A program made the translations under genes and the position numbers. Under the pieces are notes generated by a model that did not search any database, was not told the origin of the DNA, and worked only from the letters and a program-made list of their open reading frames with translations. This document shows, one piece after another, positions 8,067 to 16,986 of a DNA stretch of 38,748 bases (the stretch's first letter is position 1; each line of letters begins with the position of its first letter). Source of the stretch: Actinomycetes bacterium (GTDB lineage Bacteria > Actinomycetota > Acidimicrobiia > Acidimicrobiales > UBA8190); NCBI GenBank assembly GCA_021848085.1, contig JAJZNB010000181.1, forward strand, positions 1 through 38,748. Direction: 5' to 3'.

Positions 8067-9721
8067 GCCGCCCGCGCATCGCGGTGGTCGGCGGAGGGTT
8101 GGCCGGCATGACCGCCGCCCTGGCCGCCGCCGACGGCGGCGCCGCGGTCACCGTGGTGGAGCGCCGCCGACGCCTGGGCGGCCTGACCTGGTCCTTCGAG
8201 CGCAACGGCCGATGGTTCGACAACGGCCAGCACGTCTTTCTCCGCTGCTGCGACCAGTACCTCCGCTTCCTGGACCGGATCGGTGCCGCCCGCGACGTGG
8301 TGGTGCAGCCCCGACTCGACGTGCCCGTCGTCCGCCCCGGCGGCCGCACCGTGCGCATCCGCCGCAGCCGTGGCCCCGCTCCGCTGCACCTGGCCGGCGC
8401 TCTGGCCGGCTACCGCCACCTGGGTTTGGCCGACCGCCTCCGCCTGCCCCTGGCTGCCGTCCCGCTGCGGTTCCTCGATCCGGCCGACCCTTCTCTCGAC
8501 ACCATCACCTTCGGGCAGTGGCTGCACCGCCACCACCAGCACCCGGCGGCGGTCGAAGCGCTGTGGAACCTGATCGCCCTGCCCACCATCAACCTGCCGG
8601 CCGACCAGGCGTCGCTGACGGTGGCAGCCAAGGTGTTCCGCACCGGGCTGCTGGAGCGGGCCGACGCCGGCGACATCGGCTGGGCGCGGGTCCCGCTGGC
8701 CCATCTGCACGACACCCCGGGGCGCCGGGCGTTGGCCCGCAGCGGGGTGCGGACCCTGCTGGGGAAGCGGGTCAGGGCCGTACGCCGGCAGGAGGACGGC
8801 GCCTGGCGGGTCACCGGCGACGGCGTCGACGTCACGGCCGACGCGGTGGTGCTGGCCCTGCCACCGCAGCCGGCCGCCGAGGTGGTGCCGGCCGGCTGCG
8901 GCCCCGACCCCGTCGCGCTGGGTGCCTCTCCGATCGTCAACGTGCACCTGGTCTTCGACCGCCGGGTCACCGACCTGCCGCTGGCCGCCGGTCTCGACTC
9001 GCCGGTGCAGTTCGTCTTCGACCGCACCAACCCTGCCGACGGCGGTGGAGCCCCTCTTCGCGAGCAGCACCTGGCGGTGTCGCTGTCGGCCGCCGGCGAC
9101 GCCATCGGGCAGCGACCCGAGCTGCTGGTGCGCCGCTTCCACCAGGCGGTCGGGGAGCTGTTCCCCGCCGCCCACCACGCGCAGCTCCTCGACGCCGTCG
9201 TCACCCGAGAGCATCAGGCCACGTTCCGAGCCACGCCGGGCAGCGGCGCCGCCCGCTTCGGACCCCGCGGGGCGCTGCCTGGCCTGGCCTGGGCCGGCGC
9301 CTGGACCGACACCGGTTGGCCCGCCACCATGGAAGGGGCGGTGCGCAGCGGCCTGGCCGCCGCGGCCGTGGCTCTCGGCGCGCCTCACGTCCCTGGCCCG
9401 TCCCGGACCTCGACCACCGACCGCTTCGCCACCGGCCGCTCGACCACCCGCGGTGGGGTCAGCGAACCCGACCAGGCGCCGACCCGCCCCAGCCCGGGTC
9501 CCGCCGTCTCTGGTGCCGGCCGCGCTACCCCGGCTGCTTCGCCATCTAGCGTGTCTGAAGCGGCACACCACGCGTCCGCCGCGCCCGACGCCATGGCCAG
9601 CGAACCCTTCCCGACCGACCACTCCCCAACCGGCCCCGCAGGGGCGGGCACACCGCCGACCCGATCGGCCCGCACCCCTGCACGTCCCATTGGAACCCGA
9701 CCTCAGGAGGCCGCTCCATGA
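8063..9721 (+). CDS. hpnE: hydroxysqualene dehydroxylase (FAD-dependent amine-oxidase family) with Pro/Ser/Thr-rich C-terminal tail
   Basis: ORF 7829..9721, trimmed to ATG 8063 (ATGA overlap with hpnD). Rossmann N-terminus: RIAVVGGGLAGMTAALAAADGG..VTVVERRRRLGG. The core ends near WPATMEGAVRSGLAAA (~9350). About 110 low-complexity codons follow before the stop. Confidence 0.85.
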   Translation: MSRPRIAVVGGGLAGMTAALAAADGGAAVTVVERRRRLGGLTWSFERNGRWFDNGQHVFLRCCDQYLRFLDRIGAARDVVVQPRLDVPVVRPGGRTVRIRRSRGPAPLHLAGALAGYRHLGLADRLRLPLAAVPLRFLDPADPSLDTITFGQWLHRHHQHPAAVEALWNLIALPTINLPADQASLTVAAKVFRTGLLERADAGDIGWARVPLAHLHDTPGRRALARSGVRTLLGKRVRAVRRQEDGAWRVTGDGVDVTADAVVLALPPQPAAEVVPAGCGPDPVALGASPIVNVHLVFDRRVTDLPLAAGLDSPVQFVFDRTNPADGGGAPLREQHLAVSLSAAGDAIGQRPELLVRRFHQAVGELFPAAHHAQLLDAVVTREHQATFRATPGSGAARFGPRGALPGLAWAGAWTDTGWPATMEGAVRSGLAAAAVALGAPHVPGPSRTSTTDRFATGRSTTRGGVSEPDQAPTRPSPGPAVSGAGRATPAASPSSVSEAAHHASAAPDAMASEPFPTDHSPTGPAGAGTPPTRSARTPARPIGTRPQEAAP

Positions 9722-10854
9722 CCAGCCCGTCCACCGCTCGCCGAGCTGCCGGCGACGGCGAGACCCGCACCCAGCTCGAGGCGACCTCCGGCGCCGACGC
9801 CGCAGACGGCGCCGTCCCCAGCGCCGAGGCAGACGGTGCTCCCGCCGGCGCCGGGCCGGACGGTGCCGGGCAGCTGGTCGCCAGCCCACCCGAAGCGCTC
9901 GAGCGGGCCGCCGCTCTGGTCGCCCCGGCGCTCGAGGCGGCGGTGGCCCGACTGTGCCCGGAGCTGGCCCCGGTGGTGGAGCACCACATGCAAGCCGGCG
10001 GCAAGCGGGTGCGCGCCGCCCTCGCCGTCCTGTCAGCCGAGGCGGTAGGGGCACCGCCCGAGGAGGCCCTGGTGGGCGCGGTGGCCGTGGAGCTGGTCCA
10101 CAACTTCTCGCTCATCCACGACGACGTCGTCGATGGCGACACCGAGCGTCGCCATCGGCGCACCGTGTGGATCGAGTTCGGGCTCGGGCCGGCGGTCGTC
10201 GCCGGCGACGCCCTGGCCGCCTTGGCCACCGAGCTGCTGCTCGAAGATCCCACCCCGCCCCGGGTCCGGGCTGCCCTCTGTCTGACCCGGGCCACCGCCG
10301 CCATGATCGCCGGGCAGGCCCAGGACATGGCCTTCGAGCGCCGCCAGCAGGTGTCGGTGGAGGACTGCCGAGCCATGGAGGCGGCCAAGACGGGAGCGCT
10401 GCTCGCCTGTGCCTCCTCCATCGGCGCCATCCTGGCCGGGGCGGCTGACCCGGTGGTGGAGGCGCTGGCCGACTACGGCAACCACCTCGGCATGTCGTTC
10501 CAGGCGGTCGACGACGTGCTGGGCATCTGGGGCCGCCCCGAGGTGACCGGAAAGCCGGTGGGCAGTGACCTGCTGGCCCACAAGAAGACGCTGCCCATCG
10601 TCTTGGCCATGGACGGCCTGCCCGCCGGCCTGCTTCGCCGGGTGTCGGCGCTGCTGGCCGGCGACCTCTCCGCCGGCGGGGTGGCGGCGGTGTTCGAGCT
10701 GCTCGAGCACCAGGGTGCCTGTGCGGCCGCCTTGGACTTCGCCCTCGAGCACCGGGAGCAGGCCCTCGCCGCCCTACGGCGGGTGCCCCTGGTGGAAGGC
10801 CCCGCCGCCGAGCTGGCCGCCGTGGCCCGGTACGTCACCGAGCGTGACCGGTGA
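9718..10854 (+). CDS. polyprenyl diphosphate synthase (FPP/GGPP synthase family)
   Basis: ATG 9718 overlaps the hpnE stop (ATGA). AGGAGG at 9705-9710 lies 7 nt upstream. First Asp-rich motif LIHDDVVDGD, second FQAVDDVLGIWG..GKPVGSDL. The ~55-aa N-terminus is low-complexity. Confidence 0.9.
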   Translation: MTSPSTARRAAGDGETRTQLEATSGADAADGAVPSAEADGAPAGAGPDGAGQLVASPPEALERAAALVAPALEAAVARLCPELAPVVEHHMQAGGKRVRAALAVLSAEAVGAPPEEALVGAVAVELVHNFSLIHDDVVDGDTERRHRRTVWIEFGLGPAVVAGDALAALATELLLEDPTPPRVRAALCLTRATAAMIAGQAQDMAFERRQQVSVEDCRAMEAAKTGALLACASSIGAILAGAADPVVEALADYGNHLGMSFQAVDDVLGIWGRPEVTGKPVGSDLLAHKKTLPIVLAMDGLPAGLLRRVSALLAGDLSAGGVAAVFELLEHQGACAAALDFALEHREQALAALRRVPLVEGPAAELAAVARYVTERDR

Positions 10855-12806
10855 CGACACCGAACGTTCTGCCCCCCGGCTCCTGCCGCGACGAGAGCGC
10901 TCCGGCCGCCGCGCCGACGCCGGCTGACGTCGACCGGTGCATCGACGCCGGCAGCCGGGCGCTGCGTCAGGTGCAGGATCCGGCTGGCTGGTGGAAGGGC
11001 GAGCTCCAGACCAACGTCACCATGGATGCCGAGGACCTGCTGCTGCGCCAGTTCCTCGGCATCCGCACCGCGGCGCAGACCGAGCGGGCGGCCCGCTGGA
11101 TCCGCGCCCAGCAGTGCGACGACGGCACCTGGGCCGTCTTCCACGGCGGCCCGCCCGATCTGTCCACCACCGTCGAGGCCTACGTGGCGCTGCGCCTGGC
11201 CGGCGACCGGCCCGAGGCGGACCACATGCGCCGCGCCGCCCGCTTCGTCGTGGAGCACGGCGGCATCGAGGCCAGCAGGGTCTTCACCCGCATCTGGCTG
11301 GCGCTGTTCGGGCTGTGGCCCTGGGAGACGCTGCCGGTGCTGCCGCCGGAGCTGCTGTGGCTGCCGCCGTCGGTGCCGCTCAACGTCTACGACTTCGGCT
11401 GCTGGGCCCGCCAGACGGTGGTGGCGCTGACGGTGGTGGGCAGCCATCGGCCGGTGCGCGACCTCGGTGTCACGGTCGACGAGCTGCGCACCGGGGCCGT
11501 CACCGAGCTGAAGGCGTCGCTGCGCACCTGGGCCGGCCGGTTCGTGCACCTCGACCGGCTGCTGCACCGCTACGAGCGCCGGCCGCTGCGGGCCCTGCGG
11601 CGCCTGTCGCTGGAACGGGCCGAGCGGTGGATCATCGCCCGTCAGGAGGCCGACGGCTGCTGGGGTGGGATCCAGCCGCCGTGGGTGTACTCCCTCATCG
11701 CCTTGCACCTGCAGGGCTACGCCCTCGACCATCCGGTCATGGCCGCCGGCCTGGCCGGCTTGGAGCGCTTCGTCATCGACGACCAGCAGGGGCGGCGCCT
11801 CGAAGCCTGCCAGTCGCCGGTGTGGGACACGGCGCTGGCCGTGCTGGCCCTGGCCGACACCGGCGCCGACCCCGACGACGAGGCGCTCGAGCGCGCCGGA
11901 CGCTGGCTGGCCGGTGAGGAGATCACCGTCCCCGGTGACTGGCAGGTGCGTCGACCGAACCTGGCTCCCGGCGGCTGGGCCTTCGAGTTCGACAACGACA
12001 TCTATCCCGACGTCGACGACACCTCGGTGGTGGCCATGGCGCTGCGCCGGGTGGAGCCGGTCCCCGAGGGGCCGATCGAGCGGGGGCTGAACTGGGTCCT
12101 CGGGATGCAGTGCGCCGACGGTGGCTGGGGCGCCTTCGACGTCGACAACGTGCAGACCCTCTGCCGCGAGCTGCCGTTCTGCGACTTCGGCGAGCTCATC
12201 GACCCGCCCAGCGCCGACGTGACCGCCCACGTGGTGGAGCTGCTGGCCCACACCGGCCGGGCACCGCAGGCCCTGGCCCGCGGCGTGCAGTGGCTACGTG
12301 CCGCCCAGGAGCCCGACGGCTCGTGGTTCGGGCGCTGGGGCGTGAACTACATCTACGGCACCGGCGCCGTCGTGCCCGCCCTGGTGGCCGCCGGCGCCCG
12401 CCCTGACGACCCGGTCGTCGCCGCCGCCCTCGACTGGCTGGTGGTCCACCAGAACCCCGACGGGGGATGGGGCGAGGACTGCCGCTCCTACACCGACGCC
12501 GCCTTTCGCGGCCGCGGAACCTCCACCGCCTCCCAGACGGCCTGGGCGCTGCTGGCGCTGGTGGCCGGCGGGGCAGCCGGCACCGACGGGCCGGCCGGAA
12601 CGGCCGCGGCCCGAGGGGTGCAGTGGCTGATCGACACCCAGCGCGCCGACGGCACCTGGGACGAGCCGCAGTTCACCGGCACCGGCTTCCCCGGCGACTT
12701 CTACATCAACTACCACCTCTACCGGCAGGTGTTTCCGCTGATGGCATTGGGCCGCTACCGCTCGGCTCGCGCCACCGGCGGCTCCCCCGGCCAAGCCCAT
12801 GCCTGA
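10851..12806 (+). CDS. shc: squalene-hopene cyclase
   Basis: 651-aa ORF. GTG 10851 overlaps the upstream stop (GTGA). Catalytic DxDD motif (IYPDVDDTSVVAMAL). Repeated QW motifs (RAQQCDDGTWA, RQEADGCWGG, MQCADGGWGAF, AQEPDGSWFGRWG, HQNPDGGWGE, TQRADGTWDE). Confidence 0.95.
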   Translation: MTTPNVLPPGSCRDESAPAAAPTPADVDRCIDAGSRALRQVQDPAGWWKGELQTNVTMDAEDLLLRQFLGIRTAAQTERAARWIRAQQCDDGTWAVFHGGPPDLSTTVEAYVALRLAGDRPEADHMRRAARFVVEHGGIEASRVFTRIWLALFGLWPWETLPVLPPELLWLPPSVPLNVYDFGCWARQTVVALTVVGSHRPVRDLGVTVDELRTGAVTELKASLRTWAGRFVHLDRLLHRYERRPLRALRRLSLERAERWIIARQEADGCWGGIQPPWVYSLIALHLQGYALDHPVMAAGLAGLERFVIDDQQGRRLEACQSPVWDTALAVLALADTGADPDDEALERAGRWLAGEEITVPGDWQVRRPNLAPGGWAFEFDNDIYPDVDDTSVVAMALRRVEPVPEGPIERGLNWVLGMQCADGGWGAFDVDNVQTLCRELPFCDFGELIDPPSADVTAHVVELLAHTGRAPQALARGVQWLRAAQEPDGSWFGRWGVNYIYGTGAVVPALVAAGARPDDPVVAAALDWLVVHQNPDGGWGEDCRSYTDAAFRGRGTSTASQTAWALLALVAGGAAGTDGPAGTAAARGVQWLIDTQRADGTWDEPQFTGTGFPGDFYINYHLYRQVFPLMALGRYRSARATGGSPGQAHA

Positions 12807-14280
12807 GCTGACCATCCTCACCGCCTTGTCCATCGAGGCGCTGGCCGTCGGCGGGCCGACCACGGTGGTGGGCATGGGTCCGGCCAACGCGGCGACGGCC
12901 GGCGCCCGGCTGGCCGGAACGCTCCCCGCCGGTGCCCCGGTGGCCGTCACCGGGGTCGGCGGCGGCATCAGCCCGGATCTGCGCTCGGGGCAGGTCGTGG
13001 TGGCCAGCGAGGTGCGCACCCTGGAGCCGGGCGGCCCGACGGTGGTGCCGCTGCCTGGCGCCAGGCTGGTCGCCGACGAGCTGGCCCGCGTCGGGCTGGC
13101 CGTGCGGATCGGGCCGGTGGCCTCCTCGCCGCGCCTGCTGAGCCGGCGCCAGCGGGCCGCCCTGGCCGGCTCGGGCGCCCTGCTGGTCGACATGGAGTCG
13201 GGCTGGCTGGCCCGGCAGCTGGCCGGCCACCCGCTGGCCGTGGTGCGGGTGGCGGCCGACAGCGCAGAGCACGGGCCGGTGCGCGGCGGGCTGCGGACCA
13301 TCGGCCCGCTGATGGGGATCCGCCCTCCGCTGGAGCGCTGGGCCCGGGCGCTCGGCCAGCGGCAGGTGCTGCTGGCCGGCCCGCGGTCGTTCTGCGCCGG
13401 GGTGGAGCGCGCCGTCGACATCGTCGAACGGGCCCTGGCCCGCTTCGGATCGCCGGTCTACGTCCGGCGCCAGATCGTCCACAACCGTCACGTGGTTGCC
13501 GACCTGCAACGGCGCGGCGCGGTGTTCGTGGAGGAGGTCGACGAGGTGCCCGTGGGAGCCACCTGCGTCCTGGCCGCCCACGGGGTGGCCCCCGAGGTCC
13601 ACCTGCAGGCCGAGCGGCGTCACCTGAACGTCATCGACGCCACCTGCCCGCTGGTGGCCAAGGTGCACGCCGAGGCTCGCCGCTTCGCCCGCCAGGGCCG
13701 CCAGCTGGTGCTGATCGGCCACGGGGACCACGAGGAGGTGGTGGGCACCATGGGTGAGGCCCCGAAGCGGACCCACCTGGTGGAGACGGTGGCGGACGTG
13801 GAGCACCTACCGCTGCGACGCGACGAGCCGGTCGCCTACCTCACCCAGACCACCCTGGCCGTCGACGAGACGGCCAGCATCGTCTCGGCCCTCGAGGAGC
13901 GCTTCAGCGACGTGACCGGCCCGCCGGCCAGCGACATCTGCTACGCCACCCAGAACCGCCAGGATGCCGTGGCCGCCCTGGCCGCCCGCTGCGACCTGCT
14001 GCTGGTGGTCGGCTCCCCCAACTCGTCGAACACGGTCCGGCTGGTGGAGGTGGCCCGCCGGCGCGGCTGTCGAGCCGAGCTGGTCGACGACGAGCGACAC
14101 CTGCAGCTCAGCTGGCTCGACGGGGTAACGACAGTGGGGATCACCGCTGGCGCCTCGGCCCCCGAGTGGCTGGTGCAGCGAGTCGTCGACCGCCTCGGCC
14201 TGCTCGGCCCCCTCGACGTCCGCGAACAGCGGATCACCACCGAAACCGTCGAATTCTCCCTCCCACAGAAGGTGCGCTGA
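12799..14280 (+). CDS. ispH: fusion protein: HpnG-type hopanoid-associated nucleosidase/phosphorylase domain (aa 1-~180) plus 4-hydroxy-3-methylbut-2-enyl diphosphate reductase IspH (aa ~188-493)
   Basis: One uninterrupted 493-codon ORF. ATG 12799 overlaps the shc end by 8 nt. N-terminal domain marks: VTGVGGGISPDLRSGQVVVASEV and LLVDMESGW (PNP/MTAN family). C-terminal domain marks: VLLAGPRSFCAGVERAVDIVE, IVHNRHV, DATCPLV, LIGHGDHEEV, TQTTL, ICYATQNRQ, VVGSPNSSNTVRL (IspH). Confidence 0.85.
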   Translation: MPELTILTALSIEALAVGGPTTVVGMGPANAATAGARLAGTLPAGAPVAVTGVGGGISPDLRSGQVVVASEVRTLEPGGPTVVPLPGARLVADELARVGLAVRIGPVASSPRLLSRRQRAALAGSGALLVDMESGWLARQLAGHPLAVVRVAADSAEHGPVRGGLRTIGPLMGIRPPLERWARALGQRQVLLAGPRSFCAGVERAVDIVERALARFGSPVYVRRQIVHNRHVVADLQRRGAVFVEEVDEVPVGATCVLAAHGVAPEVHLQAERRHLNVIDATCPLVAKVHAEARRFARQGRQLVLIGHGDHEEVVGTMGEAPKRTHLVETVADVEHLPLRRDEPVAYLTQTTLAVDETASIVSALEERFSDVTGPPASDICYATQNRQDAVAALAARCDLLLVVGSPNSSNTVRLVEVARRRGCRAELVDDERHLQLSWLDGVTTVGITAGASAPEWLVQRVVDRLGLLGPLDVREQRITTETVEFSLPQKVR

Positions 14281-15284
14281 TGCCCGTCCCCCTCCGTCAG
14301 AACCTCCGGATCGGCACCCACCTGCTGCGCCAGCGGCTCAAGGGCGCCAAGTACTACCCGTTCATCGTCGAGATCGAACCGCTTTTCGCCTGCAACCTCA
14401 GCTGCCCCGGCTGCGGCAAGATCCAGCATCCCACCGAGATCCTGCGCAAGCGCCTCTCGGTCGAGGACGTGATCGGAGCGGTGGAGGAGTCGGGCACCCC
14501 CATGGTGTCGATCGCCGGCGGCGAGCCGCTGCTGCATCCCGACATCGAGCAGATCGTGTCGGAGCTGGTGGCCCGCAAGGTGTACGTCTACCTGTGCACC
14601 AACGCCGTGCTGCTCGAACGGGGCCTGGAGCGCTTCACCCCCTCGCGCTTCTTCTCCTTCGTCGTCCATCTCGACGGCCTCGGTGAGCGCCACGACGCCG
14701 CCGTCGACCGCCCTGGGGTGTTCGACACGGCGGTGCGGGCCATCCGCGCCGCCAAGGCCAAGGGGTTCCGGGTCACCACCAACTCGACGTTCTTCAACAC
14801 CGACTCGCCCAAGACGGTGCGCGACGTGCTGGACTTCCTCAACGACGATCTCGGTGTCGACGCCATGATGATCTCGCCGGCCTACGCCTACGAGAAGGCC
14901 CCCGACCAGGAGCACTTCCTCGGGGTGGAGCAGACCCGGTCGCTGTTCCGCGAGGCGTTCGCCGGGCGGCGCCGCAAGTGGCGGCTCAACCATTCCCCGC
15001 TGTTCCTGGACTTCCTCGAGGGAAAGCGGGACTTCGCCTGCACGGCATGGGGGATCCCCAGCTACTCGGTGCTGGGCTGGCAGCGACCCTGCTACCTGAT
15101 GGCCGACGGCTACGCCAGCAGCTACAAGGAGCTGGTGGAGACCACCGACTGGAGCAAGTACGGGCGCGGCAAGGATCCCCGCTGCGCAAACTGCATGGCG
15201 CACTGCGGCTATGAGCCGACGGCGGTGATGGCCACCATGGGATCGCTGCGCGAGTCGGTGCGGGCCATGCTCAACACCCACTAG
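14280..15284 (+). CDS. hpnH: adenosylhopane synthase (radical SAM)
   Basis: ORF 14166..15284, trimmed to ATG 14280 (TGATG overlap with the fusion gene). Radical-SAM motif CNLSCPGCGK. HpnH-like throughout (YPFIVEIEPLFACN, MVSIAGGEPLLHPD, VTTNSTFF, GWQRPCYLM, CANCMAHCGYEPTA). Confidence 0.92.
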   Translation: MPVPLRQNLRIGTHLLRQRLKGAKYYPFIVEIEPLFACNLSCPGCGKIQHPTEILRKRLSVEDVIGAVEESGTPMVSIAGGEPLLHPDIEQIVSELVARKVYVYLCTNAVLLERGLERFTPSRFFSFVVHLDGLGERHDAAVDRPGVFDTAVRAIRAAKAKGFRVTTNSTFFNTDSPKTVRDVLDFLNDDLGVDAMMISPAYAYEKAPDQEHFLGVEQTRSLFREAFAGRRRKWRLNHSPLFLDFLEGKRDFACTAWGIPSYSVLGWQRPCYLMADGYASSYKELVETTDWSKYGRGKDPRCANCMAHCGYEPTAVMATMGSLRESVRAMLNTH

Positions 15285-15321
15285 CCATCCGGGCCGTCGC
15301 TGGGCCCGAGGCGGCCACGTC

Positions 15322-15349
15322 CCGGGGGCGCTGCGTCCGGCGCTCCCGG
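15322..15349. terminator. hairpin between convergent hpnH and ahcY
   Basis: CCGGGGGCGC (15322-15331) pairs with GCGCTCCCGG (15340-15349): 10 bp including one G-U pair, 8-nt loop. No U-tract. Weak call. Confidence 0.3.
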
Positions 15350-15400
15350 CGTCGGCGGCGAGGCGGCGGCGTACCTGGTCCCGACCCGGCGGGCCGGGGC

Positions 15401-16849
15401 TCAGTACCGGTAGGTGTCGGGCTTGTAGGGCCCTTCGACGGGCACCCCGATGTACTCGGCCTGGGCGGGGCTGAGGGCGGTCAGCTTGGCTCCCAGCGCC
15501 GGCAGGTGCAGGGCCGCCACCTTCTCGTCGAGGTGCTTGGGCAGCACGTACACCTTGTTCTGGTACTCGCCGGGCTTGGTGAACAGCTCGATCTGGGCCA
15601 TGGTCTGATTGGTGAACGAGTTCGACATCACGAAGCTGGGGTGACCGGTGGCGTTGCCGAGGTTCAGCAGCCGCCCCTCGGACAGCACGATGATGGCGTG
15701 CCCGTCGGGGAAGACCCACTTGTCCACCTGCGGCTTGATGTTGACGCGCTGCACCCCGGGGAAGGCGGCCAGGCCGGCCATGTCGATCTCGTTGTCGAAG
15801 TGACCGATGTTGCCCAAGATGGCCTGGTGCTTCATGCGCTGCATGTGGGCGGCGGTGACGATGTCGCGGTTGCCGGTGGCGGTCACCACGACGTCGGCCC
15901 GCTCGATGACGTCGTCCAAGGTGGTCACCTCGAAGCCGTCCATGACGGCCTGCAGGGCGCAGATCGGGTCGATCTCGGTGACGATGACCCGGGCGCCTTG
16001 GCCCCGCAGCGACTCGGCGCAGCCCTTGCCGACGTCGCCGTAGCCGCACACCACCGCCACCTTGCCGCCGATGAGCACGTCGGTGGCCCGATTGATGCCG
16101 TCGATGAGCGAGTGGCGGCAGCCGTACTTGTTGTCGAACTTCGACTTGGTGACCGAGTCGTTGACGTTGATGGCCGGGAACAGCAGCTGACCGCGTCGCT
16201 CCATGTCGTAGAGGCGGTGGACCCCGGTGGTGGTCTCCTCGGTCACCCCTCGCACGCCGTTGGCGATCGACGTGAAGCGGCTGGGATCCTCGCCGAGGCT
16301 GCGACCCAGCAGCGCCAGCACCACCGCCATCTCCTCACTCGAGGCGGTGGCCGGATCGGGGGCGACGCCGGCCTTCTCGACCTCCACCCCCTGGTGGACG
16401 AGCAGCGTGGCGTCCCCGCCGTCGTCGAGGATCATGTTGGGGCCGCCTTCGGGCCACAGCAGGGCCTGCTCGGTGCACCACCAGTACTCCTCGAGCGTCT
16501 CGCCCTTCCAGGCGAACACCGGCACACCCTTGGGGTCGTCGGGGGTGCCGTCGGGTCCCACCGCCACGGCGGCAGCGGCATGGTCCTGGGTGGAGAAGAT
16601 GTTGCAGCTGGCCCAGCGCACCTGGGCGCCCAGTGCGGTGAGCGTCTCGATCAGCACGGCGGTCTGCACCGTCATGTGCAACGACCCGGTGATGCGGGCG
16701 CCGCGCAGGGGCTGGCTGGCGCCGTACTCGGCCCGCATGGCCATCAAGCCCGGCATCTCGTGCTCGGCCAGCTCGATCTCACGCCGGCCGAAGTCGGCCA
16801 GGCGCAGATCTGCCACCTTGAACGGGGGCCGGTTGTCGAGGCTGGTCAT
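15401..16849 (-). CDS. ahcY: adenosylhomocysteinase (S-adenosyl-L-homocysteine hydrolase)
   Basis: 482-aa ORF. Marks: [71 protein letters not shown] lies 8 nt upstream of ATG 16849. Confidence 0.95.
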   Translation of the reverse strand: MTSLDNRPPFKVADLRLADFGRREIELAEHEMPGLMAMRAEYGASQPLRGARITGSLHMTVQTAVLIETLTALGAQVRWASCNIFSTQDHAAAAVAVGPDGTPDDPKGVPVFAWKGETLEEYWWCTEQALLWPEGGPNMILDDGGDATLLVHQGVEVEKAGVAPDPATASSEEMAVVLALLGRSLGEDPSRFTSIANGVRGVTEETTTGVHRLYDMERRGQLLFPAINVNDSVTKSKFDNKYGCRHSLIDGINRATDVLIGGKVAVVCGYGDVGKGCAESLRGQGARVIVTEIDPICALQAVMDGFEVTTLDDVIERADVVVTATGNRDIVTAAHMQRMKHQAILGNIGHFDNEIDMAGLAAFPGVQRVNIKPQVDKWVFPDGHAIIVLSEGRLLNLGNATGHPSFVMSNSFTNQTMAQIELFTKPGEYQNKVYVLPKHLDEKVAALHLPALGAKLTALSPAQAEYIGVPVEGPYKPDTYRY

Positions 16850-16986
16850 GCGGGCTCCTTCGCGCTGCGGGGATCGCGCCCAGGATAGACGGGGCCTGCG
16901 GCCACCTCTGGCGGGCCAGGCTCAGCCGGCTCAGGCTTCAGGCCGAGCAACACGAGCTCGGTGGTCTCCGTCGCCGCCTCGTCGAG

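Noticed and set aside
7925-16049. Long minus-strand ORFs 7925..10054 (709 aa), 10473..12251 (592 aa), 12294..13421, 12706..13806 and 13941..16049 (702 aa)
   Set aside because: All are antisense to, or out of frame with, hpnE, the polyprenyl synthase, shc, hpnG::ispH, hpnH and ahcY. Those genes carry diagnostic motifs. The alternatives are low-complexity Arg/Gly/Pro strings.
16850-16986. Possible SAH (or SAM-family) riboswitch in the 137-nt ahcY leader
   Set aside because: I read the minus-strand leader. It lacks the conserved SAH-riboswitch blocks (GAGGAGCGCUGCGAC ... CAGGCUCGG ... AACGGCGCUCAC). I found only a loose GAGGCGGCGAC resemblance and generic GC hairpins. An Rfam RF01057 scan would settle it.
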